Positions 1 to 19,183 of a stretch of DNA of 64,000 nt are shown piece by piece. The position numbers were made by a program, and so were the translations under genes. Below the pieces are notes generated by a model. That model made no database searches and was not told where the DNA came from. It saw nothing but the letters and a program-made list of their open reading frames with translations. Source of the DNA: Amoebidium appalachense (lineage: Eukaryota; Protista; Ichthyosporea). Every line of letters begins with the position of its first letter. Within the stretch, counting starts at the first letter, position 1. The stretch is taken from NCBI GenBank assembly GCA_963693365.1, contig CAVNZM010000001.1:9943661-10007660 (forward strand), written 5' to 3'.

Positions 1-6
1 GGAGGG

Positions 7-46
<40 letters not shown>

Positions 47-72
47 GGGGGGGGGGGGGGGGGGGCACTCAC

Positions 73-5100
<5,028 letters not shown>

Positions 5101-5158
5101 TCAGCTTGTCGTGATTTACCCGATCACCTGTGGGGTAAACTGGAAAAACGGGGGGGAG

Positions 5159-5236
<78 letters not shown>

Positions 5237-5748
5237 GGGGGGGCTTGTGAGTTTTTGCCACTTAGTTTTGGGATTGTCTTCTTAGTTACTTGGGGAGGGG
5301 GGGGGGGGAGGGGGGGGGGGGAGGGGGCCAAGCGGACGCAAGGGAGGGGATGGCTCTAATATTTGTGTGTGGCGTGTGTGCGTGTTCGGAGAGGGGAGGG
5401 AGGGAGGGCAAGGGAGGGAGGGAGGGGGGGGGGGGGGGGGGATAGGAGGTAAGAAGAAAGGGGTGCCAAGAGCGTAACACATTGAGATTATGGGTGAACG
5501 CACTGGGGGGAAGGGCGGGGCTAGGGAGGGGAGGGGGGGGGGAAGGGAAAGGGGGGGGAGGGGGGGGGGGGGGGTAGTCGTGTGAATGGTATGCTTGTAG
5601 GTTGTCGTGTGTATGTGGGTGGAAGCATATAGAAGGTCGTCATCGGAGTGTTTTTGTTGGGAGAAAAGGGTGTGTGGGTGTGGGTGTCTGTGCCCACCCA
5701 CCCACCCACCCACTCACAGGCACAAATACAGACACACGCGCAGACACA

Positions 5749-5819
<71 letters not shown>

Positions 5820-6432
5820 GGGGCGTAAGAACCACACATTAGAGGGAGGGTCGACTGTGTAAAGAAATGTGGACATATGTGTGTGGTGAGAGGGGAAAAG
5901 CATTATACCAAAAATTATTAATGGTGGAAAGCGTGTGTGTGTGTGTGCGTGCGTGGGGTGGGGGGGGGGGGGGGGGGGGGGGGGGCTGGCTGCCTTCTTT
6001 TCCCGGGGGGAGGCCGGGGGGGGGGGGCGGGGAGGGGGGGGGGGGGAGGGGCAGGAGTCCGAGGGGCTGACCAAGCCAAAAAGCAAAACCACGAGCAGAA
6101 ACACTCAGCAAAGAGGAGAGATAAAAATGCAAAAGAACGAAGCATAGGTGAGCCAGTCAAAGCCATGAACAGTGAGAAGGCAAGGAAGTAGGAATGGGGG
6201 GGGTGAGGGGGGAGGGGGTGAGGGGGGAGGAGTGAGTGTGATTGGGGGGGGGGGGGAGGGGGGGAGGGGAGGGGGGGGGGAGTGGGGAACAACTGCTAAA
6301 AGGTCAACAGGGAGAAGAGAGAGGAGAACAGCATGAAACACGTGGAACCTACAATTGGGTGGGGGGCAGGTATATGGGGGGGAAGGGGGGGGGGGGGAGG
6401 GGGGAAGGGGGGGAAGGGGGAGGGGAGGGGCA

Positions 6433-6464
<32 letters not shown>

Positions 6465-9400
6465 GAAGTGTGGCAGTAGGAAGATAGCTTAGCGGGGAGG
6501 GGGGAGGGAGGGCGGTTAGAGGTGGTGGGGGGAGGGGGCGGGGGGGGGGGGGGGGGGTTGAAAGAAAGGGGACGTGCACAAAATGGGAAAGGGGCTGGGG
6601 GGGAAGACGGAGGGGAGAAAGAGAACTGGGAAAGGGAGGGGGAGGGGGGAGGGGAAGGAGGGGAAGACAGAGAGGATGGGAAGAATGGGGGGGTTTAAAG
6701 GGGGCGGGAGGGGGCGGGGGGGGGGGGGGGGGGGTTGGAGATGCGTTGCAGAGAACACGATGAAAGGCGCAGAGCACATCTCAAAGAGTTTGGATTACTG
6801 AAGCAGAGCCCATTCTTTTCAGGGGAGGGAGAGGGGGGAGGGAGGGAGGGGGGTGGGGGGAGGGGGGGGGGGAAACTCAGAGGGCAGGGGGGGGGGGGGG
6901 GCACATACCAAGCTGCGTGTGTGTGCGTTTCTTGGGCCTGCAGTACGTAATCGTACAGGTTCAAGACTCCGTGTGGGCACGTCACTGTACGTGTGGGTGA
7001 GGGTGAGAGCGTAAGGATGTGCGTGCATGCGTAGTGCACTTGTGTAAAGCAAGAGGAGACTGAACTCGGCTTGTCCGTAATTAGGTGGAAGCTTCTACAG
7101 CAAGGTGGCAGATACTGAGTGCGTGTTTAATTCGCCCCTTTATAATAACGATATACCAGCGAGAATATCCTGTGTGTGCACGTGTATGGCACCTTGTGTG
7201 GGTGTGCGCGTGTACATGCCGTAGTGTACTCAGACATATAGGACATCATTGGCTAATCGGGTTATTTGTTTTGTTACCCGCATTGGAAATTACTTGTACC
7301 TAATATGGCAAGTTGAATTCGCAATTGCCAAAGTCAAAAGCTCGAAAAGATCGTTGATCAAGTTACATTTGATATATCCACAAATATCTACTTCGATCAA
7401 TTTAATTGACGCCATATTAGTAGCTATTCTGCATTCTGCCCAAATTTTAATTAAAAATTTGTAACACTGCAGGCATTACATTTCAATATTAAGCTTTGTG
7501 CTCTGCATTCGGTGGGTCATTCTGTCAGGTTGAATTAGATAGAGAATGGCTTCATAAAGAAGAAACCTTCTTAGATACACTAAAAACTGTTTTGGAATAT
7601 ATTTACTTGTCACGAACAAGCGATGCTTTTGGAGATCACAGGCATGTTGCTGAGACCTGCAACCTGTGTACAACTGGATCATAGTGCAATTTTATACAAA
7701 CGGGGAACAAAAAAGGAAAAAAAAAAAAAAAAAAGTATAAAAAGGCAAACTTATTCTTCAGATTTTAGGAATTGATAATATAGATCACGTACATACATAT
7801 TTGCCTGGGTGTCAGCGGATGATTGGTCAGTTGCTCGACCAGAAATATTTCTACCCTGGCCGCGCGTTGTGCTTTTCTGACTGTGTCGGATTTACCTGAT
7901 GTGCCCCTATGAACACCCTATAGCCTTGTTTATCCTGGGCGTCATTCGAACAAAGTGTATAGATCTATAATAATAAAATTATGCACTTACTGAAAGAAAC
8001 TAAGCTAGAGATTGGGGATTGCGATGTTTAAATGTAGCCATGATACTTCTGGAACTTCCATGAATGTTTGTGATCGATCGATCACATGCATCTGGGTGAC
8101 TGGGTTGTATTTGTTCGCCCTGGAGGTGGGCAAAATAAGCAGTCGTAAAGGTCACTCAAGGATCTTTGCTGAGCCACGTAAATCGCAGGGATCTAGATCA
8201 TCGATTGGCGCCCTAATCCTATAGGACGATTCAGAGTGAAAATGTGGTTAACTTCTTGAAACTACATCGACAACCTTTTTAGCAGAGAGTTATATTAATA
8301 TGAGTTTTGAGTTTCAGTTATGGTATCCAAAATCACCGTTGCATACAGTGAGACATAAATGCGTACTGGATGCGATTGGCCCGATGGCCGGGGGTCACCT
8401 GGGTGTTTCCGAGTGACTGAAATTCCGAATTTCTCTTTTGGCTGGATTTATTGGACGGAAAGATATGCAAGTATGCACGACGGCATACTGAGAAGACAAT
8501 AAAACTTTACGAGTTATCCAGTAACAAGTGCATACTGAGATACCTGAACACTGTGTGAAAATCATATAAATACTCAATGTAGCAGAATTCAACAAAAAGT
8601 CTAAACTGGTCACATTGCCAGCCAGTGTAGCAGACACCCGTAGGGAAAGAGGTAAAACGCGACATAAAAAAATCACACCGCTATCAACATGCTTGCGATT
8701 AAAAAGTTCAGCACAAAACGCAGTGGCACCAGCGGCGATGGAAACAAAAATTACAACGCCACTGCACACTGTGACTTCCCAGGCAATATCAACATCAGAG
8801 CACCATACAGACTTACGTACTAGGGTGGTATCCATACGTACAGCAGGAGAAATGTATCCTGCCAAAGCTCCCAAAAAGCGATAATGATCAGTACGGTGGC
8901 CTAAGGAACATAACACATGCCGACTGAGTTTTACCTTTGATTTCTCTATCAGAACGAGAAAGAACCTATACTGCATATGGTAATAACGCGAAAAGGCAGA
9001 AAAAACAGGAAGAGGAAAGAAAGAGGGAGTGAGATAGCGGGAGGAAGAATCAGGTTGTGTGAGAAAGGGGGTAGGCTGAGGACATTTAGAAGTAGCGTTG
9101 GTGAACTTCGGGGGAAAGAGCCTCAGGGATGGAGGGAGGGGGGGGAAAGAAAGCATAAAGAGGGTGACCATCAGGTATCCTAACTAAATAAAAACAAAAA
9201 CGAAGAGACAATTCCTCCATATGACAAACAGCAGACGACAACAAACATACTGATTAAGGGAGGCACAAACCGACTACGAAACAAAGTGCGCAGCGCAGTA
9301 CCCTGAAAATCCTCGAACTCTTTCAGCGCCACGGCCGCCTCGCGAGGCCATGGGGCGAAGGCCAATAGCGGAAAGTCCATATTCGAAAGTTGACCGTTAA

Positions 9401-10407
9401 AAAGTTTTATAGTAGAGAAGAAGGTTCGCAGGATGGATCACAGACTCCCGTTGAAACATATTTGACACGATGTGAAGCTTACCCTTCGCACGAGCGATCC
9501 ATGCCGTGAGGAGCTTGCGGAAATCAATACCCCGTGCAGTAGAAAGTTGTAAATGCGGATTTTCAGCCCCTTGTATTTTGGGGAAAGGTTTGCGTGTATA
9601 CTTAGGACCCATCGGCCATCGCACTCTGATATGATCAGTTGTTCGGTGTAGGCTTTCCAATTGGTCGAGCATCAACACTACATTTGCGTTGTTTCAAATT
9701 CTTGTGATCCTTCTGATCACAATTATTTGCTGCTGCAGCAAGTTGATAGTGTCAGGCATTGTAGAACGTTCTTTGTTTTTATTACTGCTCTAGGTAGTTG
9801 ATAAGCGCTCTATTGAGTAACGGTAACATAAGGGATAATTGTCTTGTGGCTTTTTTCATAAGTGGGCAAATGAACCTTTAAAGAGCCACGCGTCACAAAA
9901 GAAAGCTTTATCATTTTATTCACCCCCTTCAAGGCTCAGCGTGATAAAAAGCCAACCCCGGTTATTGTTGGCTGAGCAGTGGCAAAGCTTTTCCCAATGG
10001 AATGAATGAATCATAGTGTTGAGAATGCCCGGCAACCTGGAAAACACCATGAAATGTCAAGATACAGTACACAAACATGATAAAATTTGGAAATTGTTAA
10101 TTGGCGCTGGCTAGGTAAACACCCAAGCATCAGCAAAGATCTTTCTTACTTTTTAACAAACCACTTTTTCTGTCGCCGACCTTCGGGTTGACGGTGATTA
10201 TAAACATCTGCTTCGCTCTAATTCTATCCCAAAAAGCAAGTTGATTGGCGCACACATCCTCATCAAGTGTTTGCTCCCCCGCTTCGTCGTCAGTCCCACC
10301 TTCCCCTCGTTCAGTTCACGTCTCTGCTGGGCTGCCTTAGTGAACGGAACGCGAAAAAGAAAAAAAGAAAACCTGGTGTAGGCTTTAGTCATTTTTTAAA
10401 CACGAAA

Positions 10408-11667
10408 ATGCCTGCTGTTTTGTCACGTTCGCGCACTGGGTCGCTTTTCAAGCGCAAGACCGAGCGAGATGCACTCTCCCAGCTCATTACCACTCCCGGT
10501 TTTCGATTTGACATAAACCAATTCGATTTGGTAAAGACAGTCGGTTCAGGTGCTTGTGCTTCTGTAGCTCTATGCAAACACAAACCAACCGGACAAAACG
10601 TAGCACTGAAAATGATTCCTAAGGGCGGTTGTTCTGCGGATGTTGGCCGGGAGCGCAACGTTGTCGCCAACTTGATGACGACCTTCAGCCCATACGTCGT
10701 AAAAACCTACGGCTCCTTTCAGGATGATGCTTTCCTTTACTACGTTATGGAATACGTAAACGGAGGTGAGCTTTTTGCTACTCTCCAGGTGCAGAAAGAC
10801 CGCCGCTTTACCGAACATGTCGCGCGTTTCTACCTCGCCGAGGTTATCCTCGGCTTGAAACACGTACACGAACGTGCAAACGTTGTCCACCGCGACCTGA
10901 AACCCGAAAACATTCTCGTTACCGAAGACGGACACGCAAAACTGATTGACTTTGGTTTTGCCAAGCCGCTAAATCGCAACGATAAAACATACACGCTATG
11001 CGGCACGCCAGAGTACACCGCACCTGAGATGGTAAGGGATACCGGCTACGGTTACTCTGCCGATCACTGGGCCCTCGGTGTCCTTCTCTATGAAATGTTG
11101 GTTGGCCGCGCTCCCTTCTCCGTTGCGCGCTACGACGGCGCACCCGAGCCGGACTACACCGCCATCATCGAAGGGAAATACGTCGTTCCTGAGTATCTGT
11201 CGGTGGATGCACGCCATCTCATTCGCAACCTCCTTGTGCTGGATCCCCGCAAGCGTCTCGGTGCCGCCGGCGGCCTTACGGAAATTCGCCAGCATAGATT
11301 TTTCGCTGGGTTCGACTGGGAGGCCCTCGAGCAAAGCCTGCTCAAACCACCCAAGCTGGTCAAGCGTGCAAAGAAGAATATGTGCTTCATCCCCCAGAGG
11401 CAAAGCATGTGGACCGGCTCACGCGTGGATCAGTCTGTTTTCGCTGATTTCTCCGGTGTTTTTGTGCCCGACATGGCTGTGTCCAGCAAGGAGTGCCAAG
11501 TGTACGAGGACACCAAGAACATTGAAGCGCTTGAGTTGGCGAGCAATAGCTCGAGCAACGATTTTACGTTTAGTGATGCCAAGGCACCCAGGGATAGCCC
11601 TGTGACCAAGACCGCACGCAGGCCCTTCAAGGCGCTTCGCGGATTCCTTCGTGCTGTTGCGGCATGA
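10408..11667 (+). CDS. AGC-family Ser/Thr protein kinase (PKA/PKG catalytic-subunit-like), intronless
   Basis: Motifs GSGACASV, VALK, HRDLKPEN, DFG, TLCGTPEYTAPE, DHWALGVLLYEM and the AGC C-tail HRFFAGFDW. Likely start is ATG 10408 (MPAVLSR) in an AAAATG context. Confidence 0.93.
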   Translation: MPAVLSRSRTGSLFKRKTERDALSQLITTPGFRFDINQFDLVKTVGSGACASVALCKHKPTGQNVALKMIPKGGCSADVGRERNVVANLMTTFSPYVVKTYGSFQDDAFLYYVMEYVNGGELFATLQVQKDRRFTEHVARFYLAEVILGLKHVHERANVVHRDLKPENILVTEDGHAKLIDFGFAKPLNRNDKTYTLCGTPEYTAPEMVRDTGYGYSADHWALGVLLYEMLVGRAPFSVARYDGAPEPDYTAIIEGKYVVPEYLSVDARHLIRNLLVLDPRKRLGAAGGLTEIRQHRFFAGFDWEALEQSLLKPPKLVKRAKKNMCFIPQRQSMWTGSRVDQSVFADFSGVFVPDMAVSSKECQVYEDTKNIEALELASNSSSNDFTFSDAKAPRDSPVTKTARRPFKALRGFLRAVAA

Positions 11668-12694
11668 ATATAGTTTTATTCTTACGTGTTGAGTTTAAAA
11701 GATATTAGAATGAAACTTGGAGTGTATGAATGACTTTCGTTTTTAAGTTGAGCGCAGATTTGTGCTTGTATGTGTGACTGCTATTCTTTGAGTTGACCAA
11801 CCCACCTTGTGTTATATTATATCCTTTTTCTTTCTCACACGTGGACATAATTATTTGTACCTATGTGCTCGTGCTGTGCAGAGCAAGTACACGAATTTAT
11901 CTCCCTGGAGGAGAAGAAAATAAGATATCACGGCTTTCACAGAGCCAAAAGGAACATCTTACAAGTGCGGCAGGCAAAGAAAAACATAATGTTGAATTTT
12001 ACCCGTTCTCCCTCTGCCCTTCAAACTGTCATGCCCTTCCCTTTCTCACGACGAGCTTTTAGGTGCTGAAATCATTTTTTTTTTTTGCTCTCCCAAGCGC
12101 TGTGCGGAAAAAAAATTCGTTGTCCTGTTTCCCTCCCTGCCTTTGCCTTCTTTCGAAGTTCTCGTTTTCCAACGGTGTGCGCGAAAAGCTTCTGTGCTCT
12201 CTCCCTGCCCTAGACCTGTCTACATCAGTTTGCCGCTAACTTTAAAATGTGCGTAACTGTTCTACCTCATCATTATAAAGTTTTAAAAACTTAATAAATA
12301 ATTTGTGCGCTCTCAGTTCTTTTAGTAGATATCTGAGACGTAATGGCAATTTTGTTCCTAGATTTGAACCACACACGTATATACATGTATATATGTATAT
12401 ACATGTATATACATATAGATAAAAAACTACGTCATAATTGAGAAACCCCGACATAGTCGTTAACTAATGTATATACATACGTATATACTCCCGCCAGATT
12501 GTTTGTAAGGCTTCTAATATACACCTGAAGCTCACTTTCCACTGAGGTTAGTCATCACATGTACAGATATGTGTGTTGTACACGTGTGCGTGCGCGGCGC
12601 GTGTGCGTACTGCCCGCGTGCGTGCGTGCGTGCGTGCGTGTGTGCGCGCGTGCGTGCCAAAAATTAGGGTGGAAAGGGGGCGGAGGGGGGAGAA

Positions 12695-12732
<38 letters not shown>

Positions 12733-13507
12733 TATTGAAGATGATAGGCCATTACCAGCTGCCACGATCCTAATCTAATATTGGCAACGCTAATGAGCCC
12801 CAAACCCAGGGCAGCTAAGAACCAGGATTGAGTGGGTGTCAGGGTATCCATATCTGTTAGAAAATATTATATCTGAGAGTGTTTTTTTGGCATTCCCCCA
12901 CCCCCCCCCCTTCTCCCCCCCTCCGCAGTTCTTGTCACGAACCCCAGGCTTGGCAAAAGAATCTTAGTATCGGAATGTAGTACTGAGTTACGTTGATTAT
13001 TTTTAATGACACTGTGATAATAGGCGAATACGGTGTTTTACTATGTTTTTCCCCAGATCTATTCAAGTAAATATTCCGATGATTTTGTTTCTTCTACTTT
13101 TGTTTTTGTTTAAATTTTTCGGATAGTTGTTGATTGCGCTTGGAAAGATGTTTACTAAAGCCATAGGTGCAAATGCACTGTGTAATGTTCGGAATGTATG
13201 CCGTGCGCCGGTGTATGTGTGTGTGGGTGTGGGTGTGGGTGCGTGTGTGCGTGTGTGCTTGTGTGTGTGTGTGTGTGTATGCACGTGTAGGTGCATGGAC
13301 GCGCACAAGTGTGCGTGTGTGGGTGCGAATTGTGCATAAGGGCGCGTGTATGTGTGTGTGTGTGTGTGTGTGCATGTGCGTGTGTACGTGTATGAGTTAG
13401 TATACGGGTTGACCATGTGTTTGGTGACGTTTGTGATTTCTCAGTCAGCATGAATACCAGTGCTCAGTGTGTGTCTCCGTGCGCCCTGTGTTTGTACGTG
13501 TGTGTGT

Positions 13508-13618
<111 letters not shown>

Positions 13619-13840
13619 GTGTGTGTGTGTGTGTGTGTATTTGTGCCGCACTTGTGCACTTCAACCGGGTGTGTGGAACTGGGCAGATATATATCGGTTT
13701 AAAGAATCAGAATGCACGATGATTGAGTGCAAGTTAGACTCCCCGCCAGCGCTAGCAAGGCTGGGGCAAATTTAAACCCTGGGCTAAGTGTGTACTAGCA
13801 GCTAGATTTGTTAATGGTGTTTTAAAATAGCTCAGCTGAA

Positions 13841-14022
13841 TGCACCATTAGCACCCTAGTTAGGGTACTGCAGTCGGTGTTTAGTGGAAGCCTTGTAGTT
13901 CCCATGAGGGGCCCCCTGAATCCTCCCCCCCCCCCCCCCCCCCTCCCTCCCTCCTCCTCCTCTCCCCCCCTTGGCCCCCTCCCCTCCCCCCCCCCCCCCC
14001 CCCCCCCGGAACAAAACCTATA
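13841..14022 (+). repeat. Dispersed host repeat; second copy at ~23945-24050
   Basis: Shared TAGCACCCTA..TAGG..CAGTCGGTG..GTGGAAG..GTAGTTCC(C)ATGAGGG(G)CCCCC..GGAACAAAAC. Confidence 0.55.
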
Positions 14023-14188
14023 AGATCATTTGAAAGAGTGTGAATTAGACAGACTCTGATTTCTCGGCCTCGTGAGAAATGTCATCTGATATCTCCTCCC
14101 TCCATATATCTTGAGCAGTTGAAAAGCTAACTCTTGAAAAATTGCTTTGGGGATGTGAAGGAATATTAGTAATCCACATGAACGAGTG

Positions 14189-14219
<31 letters not shown>

Positions 14220-14489
14220 TCTCTCTCTCTCCTCCCCCCCCCCCCCCAAAAACCCCCCCAAACCCCCCCCCCCCCTTGTTTTTTTTTCTTTCAGGAATAT
14301 ACTTGTTAAGCGGTACAAACACAACCTAGGTAGACTAAGGATGTGTTCCCACACCTTAGCCTACCAATATACACAACCTGATCAACGGATCCGGATACTG
14401 ATTTGCCCACACATACACCGAGTCCCGACACTATCGCGTAGTGCGTATGCATACACATTACATAGCATGTGTATTAAGCCTATTTTCGT

Positions 14490-14523
<34 letters not shown>

Positions 14524-14622
14524 CCTTTTGTGTGTGTGTGTGGTGGTGGTGGTGGTGATGGTGGGATGGAGGAGGGGAGGAGGGGGGGGGGGGGGGAGGA
14601 AGGGTGGGGATTCCCCCCCCCC

Positions 14623-14662
<40 letters not shown>

Positions 14663-14681
14663 GTGGCTGGGTGGGTGGGTA

Positions 14682-14714
<33 letters not shown>

Positions 14715-14961
14715 GGGGGGGGGGGGGGGGGGGGGGGGCACCTGCTCAAGAGGGTTATGGGGACCTCCCCCCACCCCCTCCCCAAGCTAACCTCACCTCT
14801 ATGATGGCTTTTTCTGTGCCTCCTTCTTTCCGAGCTTTTTTTTGGGAGGGGTGGTGGTGATGGTGGTGGTGGGGAGGGGAGGGAGGGTTGGGTAGGTGGT
14901 TGGGTGGCTGGGTGGTGGTGGTGTGTGTGTGTGTGGTGGTGGTGGTGGTGGTGGTGGTGGT

Positions 14962-14993
<32 letters not shown>

Positions 14994-16315
14994 GGAAGGG
15001 GGGGGAGAAGGGGGGGGGAGGGGGGGGTCCCATTCTAGACCGTACATTTGCCCGTTTTTGGGAGGAAGGGGGGGGGGGGGGGGGGGGGGGGAAGAGAGGT
15101 CGGGGGGGCAGGGGAGGGGGGGGGGGGAGGGGGGGGGAGAGAAAGGAAGGGATGGAGAGAGAGGAGGTTCCATTAACTTGAACTTAGTGGCATGATTGCA
15201 TTGTTTTTGGGTGTTTTTGTGCACTGTGCATGCGCAGGCTTGGAGGTGCACTCTGTCTTGGCAGGTTGAAAACGACAGCATTTCTTCCCTAGGGGTGCTG
15301 GGATTTTATTTTTGGGGGGGAGGGGGGGGAGGGGGGGAGGGCGGGGGGGGAGGGGAGGCGGGGGGCGGGGGGGGCGGGAGGGGCCGGGAGAGGCAGCAGG
15401 GGAGGGGAGGGGAGAGGGGAGAGGGGGGAGGGGAGGGGGGGGAGGAGTAGGAAGGGGGGGGGGGGGGGGGGGGGGGGGAGGGGGGAGGGGGCGGAGGGTA
15501 CTAGGATACGGAAAAACACACACAATCTCCCCTGTGAAACCCAATGCATCCAACCACCCGGCCCCTCGCTGCACTTATTCAGTGAGCCCAAATTCCTTCC
15601 AGGCTATATATAAGCATACTTGATTAACGCGACGATCTCCCGTAATATCGTACAACGTATGGGTATTATAATTAATCAGGCTCCATATGATGACTAATTA
15701 CATCACCATGGCCCTTAGGCTGTTACATGCATGCGCTTCAGCTGCAGCATACATACAGCAGCGAAATGGCTTTTCTGAGTGGGAGAACTTTTGTAGCGAT
15801 GTTAATCACCTGCAAAAAAGTACTGTTTTTCCTGTATGACTTTTATAGTAGTATTCTTTTGTAGAAATAATGGTTACAAAACTAACCCTTTTATGGTAAG
15901 CCACCTGCCACAAGAATGTGCGTAAAAAAATGGCTAATTTTGGGGTAACACCTGCTATTATGCTGCCTACAGCATGCCTAGCCCTCAGTCAGCCAATAAG
16001 AATCTGTCTTGCCAGGCTGAGTGGCCGGAAATAAACCCCTTGCTGTTTGGGTTGGAAATAGGTGCTATTTCAATCCTGGTATGGGTATACTCCCATTGTG
16101 GGTGATCTCCGAAGCTGGTACGTGGCTGGGGTGCTACGTATACGTGATGGTGGTTGTGTGTTAGGGTGTGTGTATGTGTGTGTGTGTGGAAAAGGGGGGG
16201 AAGGGGGGGGGGGGGGGGGGGGGGGGGGTTGCCCCTTGGTGGGTGTGTGGGTGTGTGTCGGAGAGGGTGGGGGGGTGGCTGTGTGCACGTGTCACGGTGT
16301 GTGTGGTGGTGGTGG

Positions 16316-16360
<45 letters not shown>

Positions 16361-16412
16361 GGGTGGGTGGGGGGGTGCCACTGGGTGGGTGTGTGGGTCT
16401 GTGTGTGTTTGT

Positions 16413-16443
<31 letters not shown>

Positions 16444-16677
16444 GCACGTGTGTGTGCGTGTGTGTGTGGGTGGGTGGGTGGGTGAATGTGCGGGTGTATA
16501 TGGGTGTGTGAATGTGTGGGTGTGACATGGTGTGTGCGCACGTGCGTGTGTGTGTGTCTCTGTGTGTGTGTGTGTGTGTGGGTGTGTGCATGTGCGTGTG
16601 CGTGTCAGAGGGGGGGAGGGGGGGGGTCCGGTTGTGTGGGTGTGTGGGTGTATGCATGTGTGTGTGTGGGTGCGAGC

Positions 16678-16708
<31 letters not shown>

Positions 16709-17174
16709 GGTGTATGGGGGTGTGTGTGCATGTGTGCGCGCTAGTAAAGGCCATATAGCGCACGTGTGCGTGCGTGATGGGATTGAGAGTGTGTCTTTGT
16801 GTGTGTCAATGTGTGTTTGTGTATCTGTTTAATTCATCGTTGAGTCTGAGATGTTTGTTCTTATGTGTGTATGCCATGTGTGTGCATCCATGCCATGGCC
16901 ATGCATGTGTGCCATAGTAAAATGCACATTTTTCATTCCTCTAGTGTATTGATACCTGCTGCGATAAGTGAGAGAGTACACATACATCCCCCTAGCGAGG
17001 GTCTAAATAAACCCCCCTCCTCTCCTCCCCGTCCCAAACACCCACAAACACCCACACATACACACTCGCATGCGCACACACACACACATACGCTTACGCA
17101 CGCGCGCGCGCGCGCCTGCACACACACACACACACACACATGCGCACACACACACAAACGCGCACGCGCGCTCA

Positions 17175-17258
<84 letters not shown>

Positions 17259-17745
17259 AAACATAAAGAGCACCTGCACTGTGGAGAGCTTGATGTATCA
17301 GTAAGTGTGAGGGGCTGTTCACTACTTACTTTGCGCGGGGCTCACCAACAACACCATGGGTGACGTCAAGGGTGGTTTTCCCGCATTCTTATCTGATCTA
17401 TTTGTTGGCCATTGGTTTATGTTCAGGCGGGGGGCCGGGATAAAAAGAAAAGGCAGTGTGCGTGTGTGTGTGTGTGAGGAGGGCGGGAGGAGGGTGGGGG
17501 AGGGGGGGGGGGGAGAGGGGAGGAGAAAGGAAGAGAAGAAGGAGGACAGGGAGGTGGGGAACGGGGGGGGGGGGGGGGGGGGGAAGGGAGGGAGGGACTC
17601 GCCATTTATTTAGTATAGCTTTGCGGGAAATGCTAAAACAGGACACCGTGTGTGTGCTTGTGCAAACGGTTCGTGCAGGACCTATATAGTGTGTGTGCAG
17701 AATTGGGCCGTTTTTGTGTGAGTGGTGTGTGCATCTGTACCGTTA

Positions 17746-17747
17746 TG

Positions 17748-17844
<97 letters not shown>

Positions 17845-18354
17845 ACTGTGCGTGTTTGCATCTGTATGTGCGTGCCCGAGAGGCTGTGTGTGTGTCCATG
17901 TGTTTGTGTGTGTGTGTGTGCCAAGTTGTGCATGGCACCGTGCAGTGATGGGTGTATCAAGTTGTTGTTCACGTGTTTGAATATATGCATTTGTCTTGAC
18001 TGGATACACAGATGTACATGTATGATACTGTGTGTGTGTGTATGTGTGTGAACGTGTGTGTGTGTGATTTGCATGAGTGCGCGTGTGCAGTAGGTTGTCG
18101 ATGTGTGCATGTGTGCCTTTGTACGCGCACGTGTGTGTGTGCGTGTTCCTCTCCGTTTGACAAGCATGTGTGCACTTGTCCGTGTATGTGAATGAGTGTG
18201 TGTGTGTGTGTAAAGGTACAGAATGATTAGACGTGCGAATGTGCACGTGTGGGTGGTGTGTATGTACACACTGTGTGTGTGTGTGTGTGTGTTTGTGTGT
18301 GTGTGCGTGCGTGTGTGCGTGCGTGTGTGTGTGTGTGTGTTTGTGCGTGTGTGC

Positions 18355-18394
<40 letters not shown>

Positions 18395-18950
18395 GTGCGT
18401 GTATGTGCGTGTGTGTGTGTGTGTGCGGTGTGTGTGTGTGTGTTTGTGTGTGTGTGCGTGTCTGTGTGTATGTGTTTGTGTGTGTGTGTGTGTGCGTGTG
18501 TGTGTGTGTGCGTGTGCGTGTGTGCGCGTGTGTGTTTGTGTGCGTGTGTGTGTGTGTGTGTGTTTGTGTGTGTGTGCGTGTGTGTGTGTGTGTGTGTGCG
18601 TGCGTGTGTGTGTGTGTGTGTGTGTGCGTGTGTGTGTGTGTGTGTGTTTTTGTTTGTGCGTGCGTGCTCGTGAGTGAGGGTGTGTTTGCATGAGTGCGTG
18701 TGTGCGGTAAGTTATCATTGTGTGCATGTGTGCATTTGTTTGCGCGCGCGCGCGTGTGTGTTCCTGTCTGCTTGTGCATGTGTGCATTTGTCCGTGTGTA
18801 ATTGAGTTTGTGTGTGTGTGTCTTTGTGTACAGGTGTCATTGTGTGTGCGTATGTGCACGTGTGGGTGGTGTGTTGGTGTATGTGGATCATGGTGGGCAT
18901 GTGGGTGTGTGTGTGTGCGTGCGTGGTGTGTGTGTGTGTGTGTGTGTGTG
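17746..18950. repeat. (GT)n/(CA)n microsatellite-rich tract, representative of many in the host part (e.g. 2026-2170, 13497-13637, 23218-23615, 29431-29556, 37379-37489, 42493-42602)
   Basis: Direct reading of the dinucleotide repeats; they produce the poly-CV and poly-HT pseudo-ORFs. Confidence 0.95.
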
Positions 18951-19183
18951 TTTGGCGACAATGTAGAACTTCCCAAATCGCCAGGAACACCACGTTGTTG
19001 GACATGAGATTTATTACATCCGTCCTAAGTAAGCGCTTCCTTGGCGCCAAACTTCGTCTTACTCGGTTATTCGCTGTACATACATGCTACAGATTGCAAC
19101 AACTGCCACGGTACTGTATATTTATACAATTTTTTAAGAGCTATTGATTGTTAGCGGGGCAAAAAAAAAAAAATTTTGCGCAT

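Noticed and set aside
8395-9380. Possible minus-strand membrane-protein gene
   Set aside because: Hydrophobic ORF fragments without a recognisable motif or a consistent exon chain; cannot be supported.
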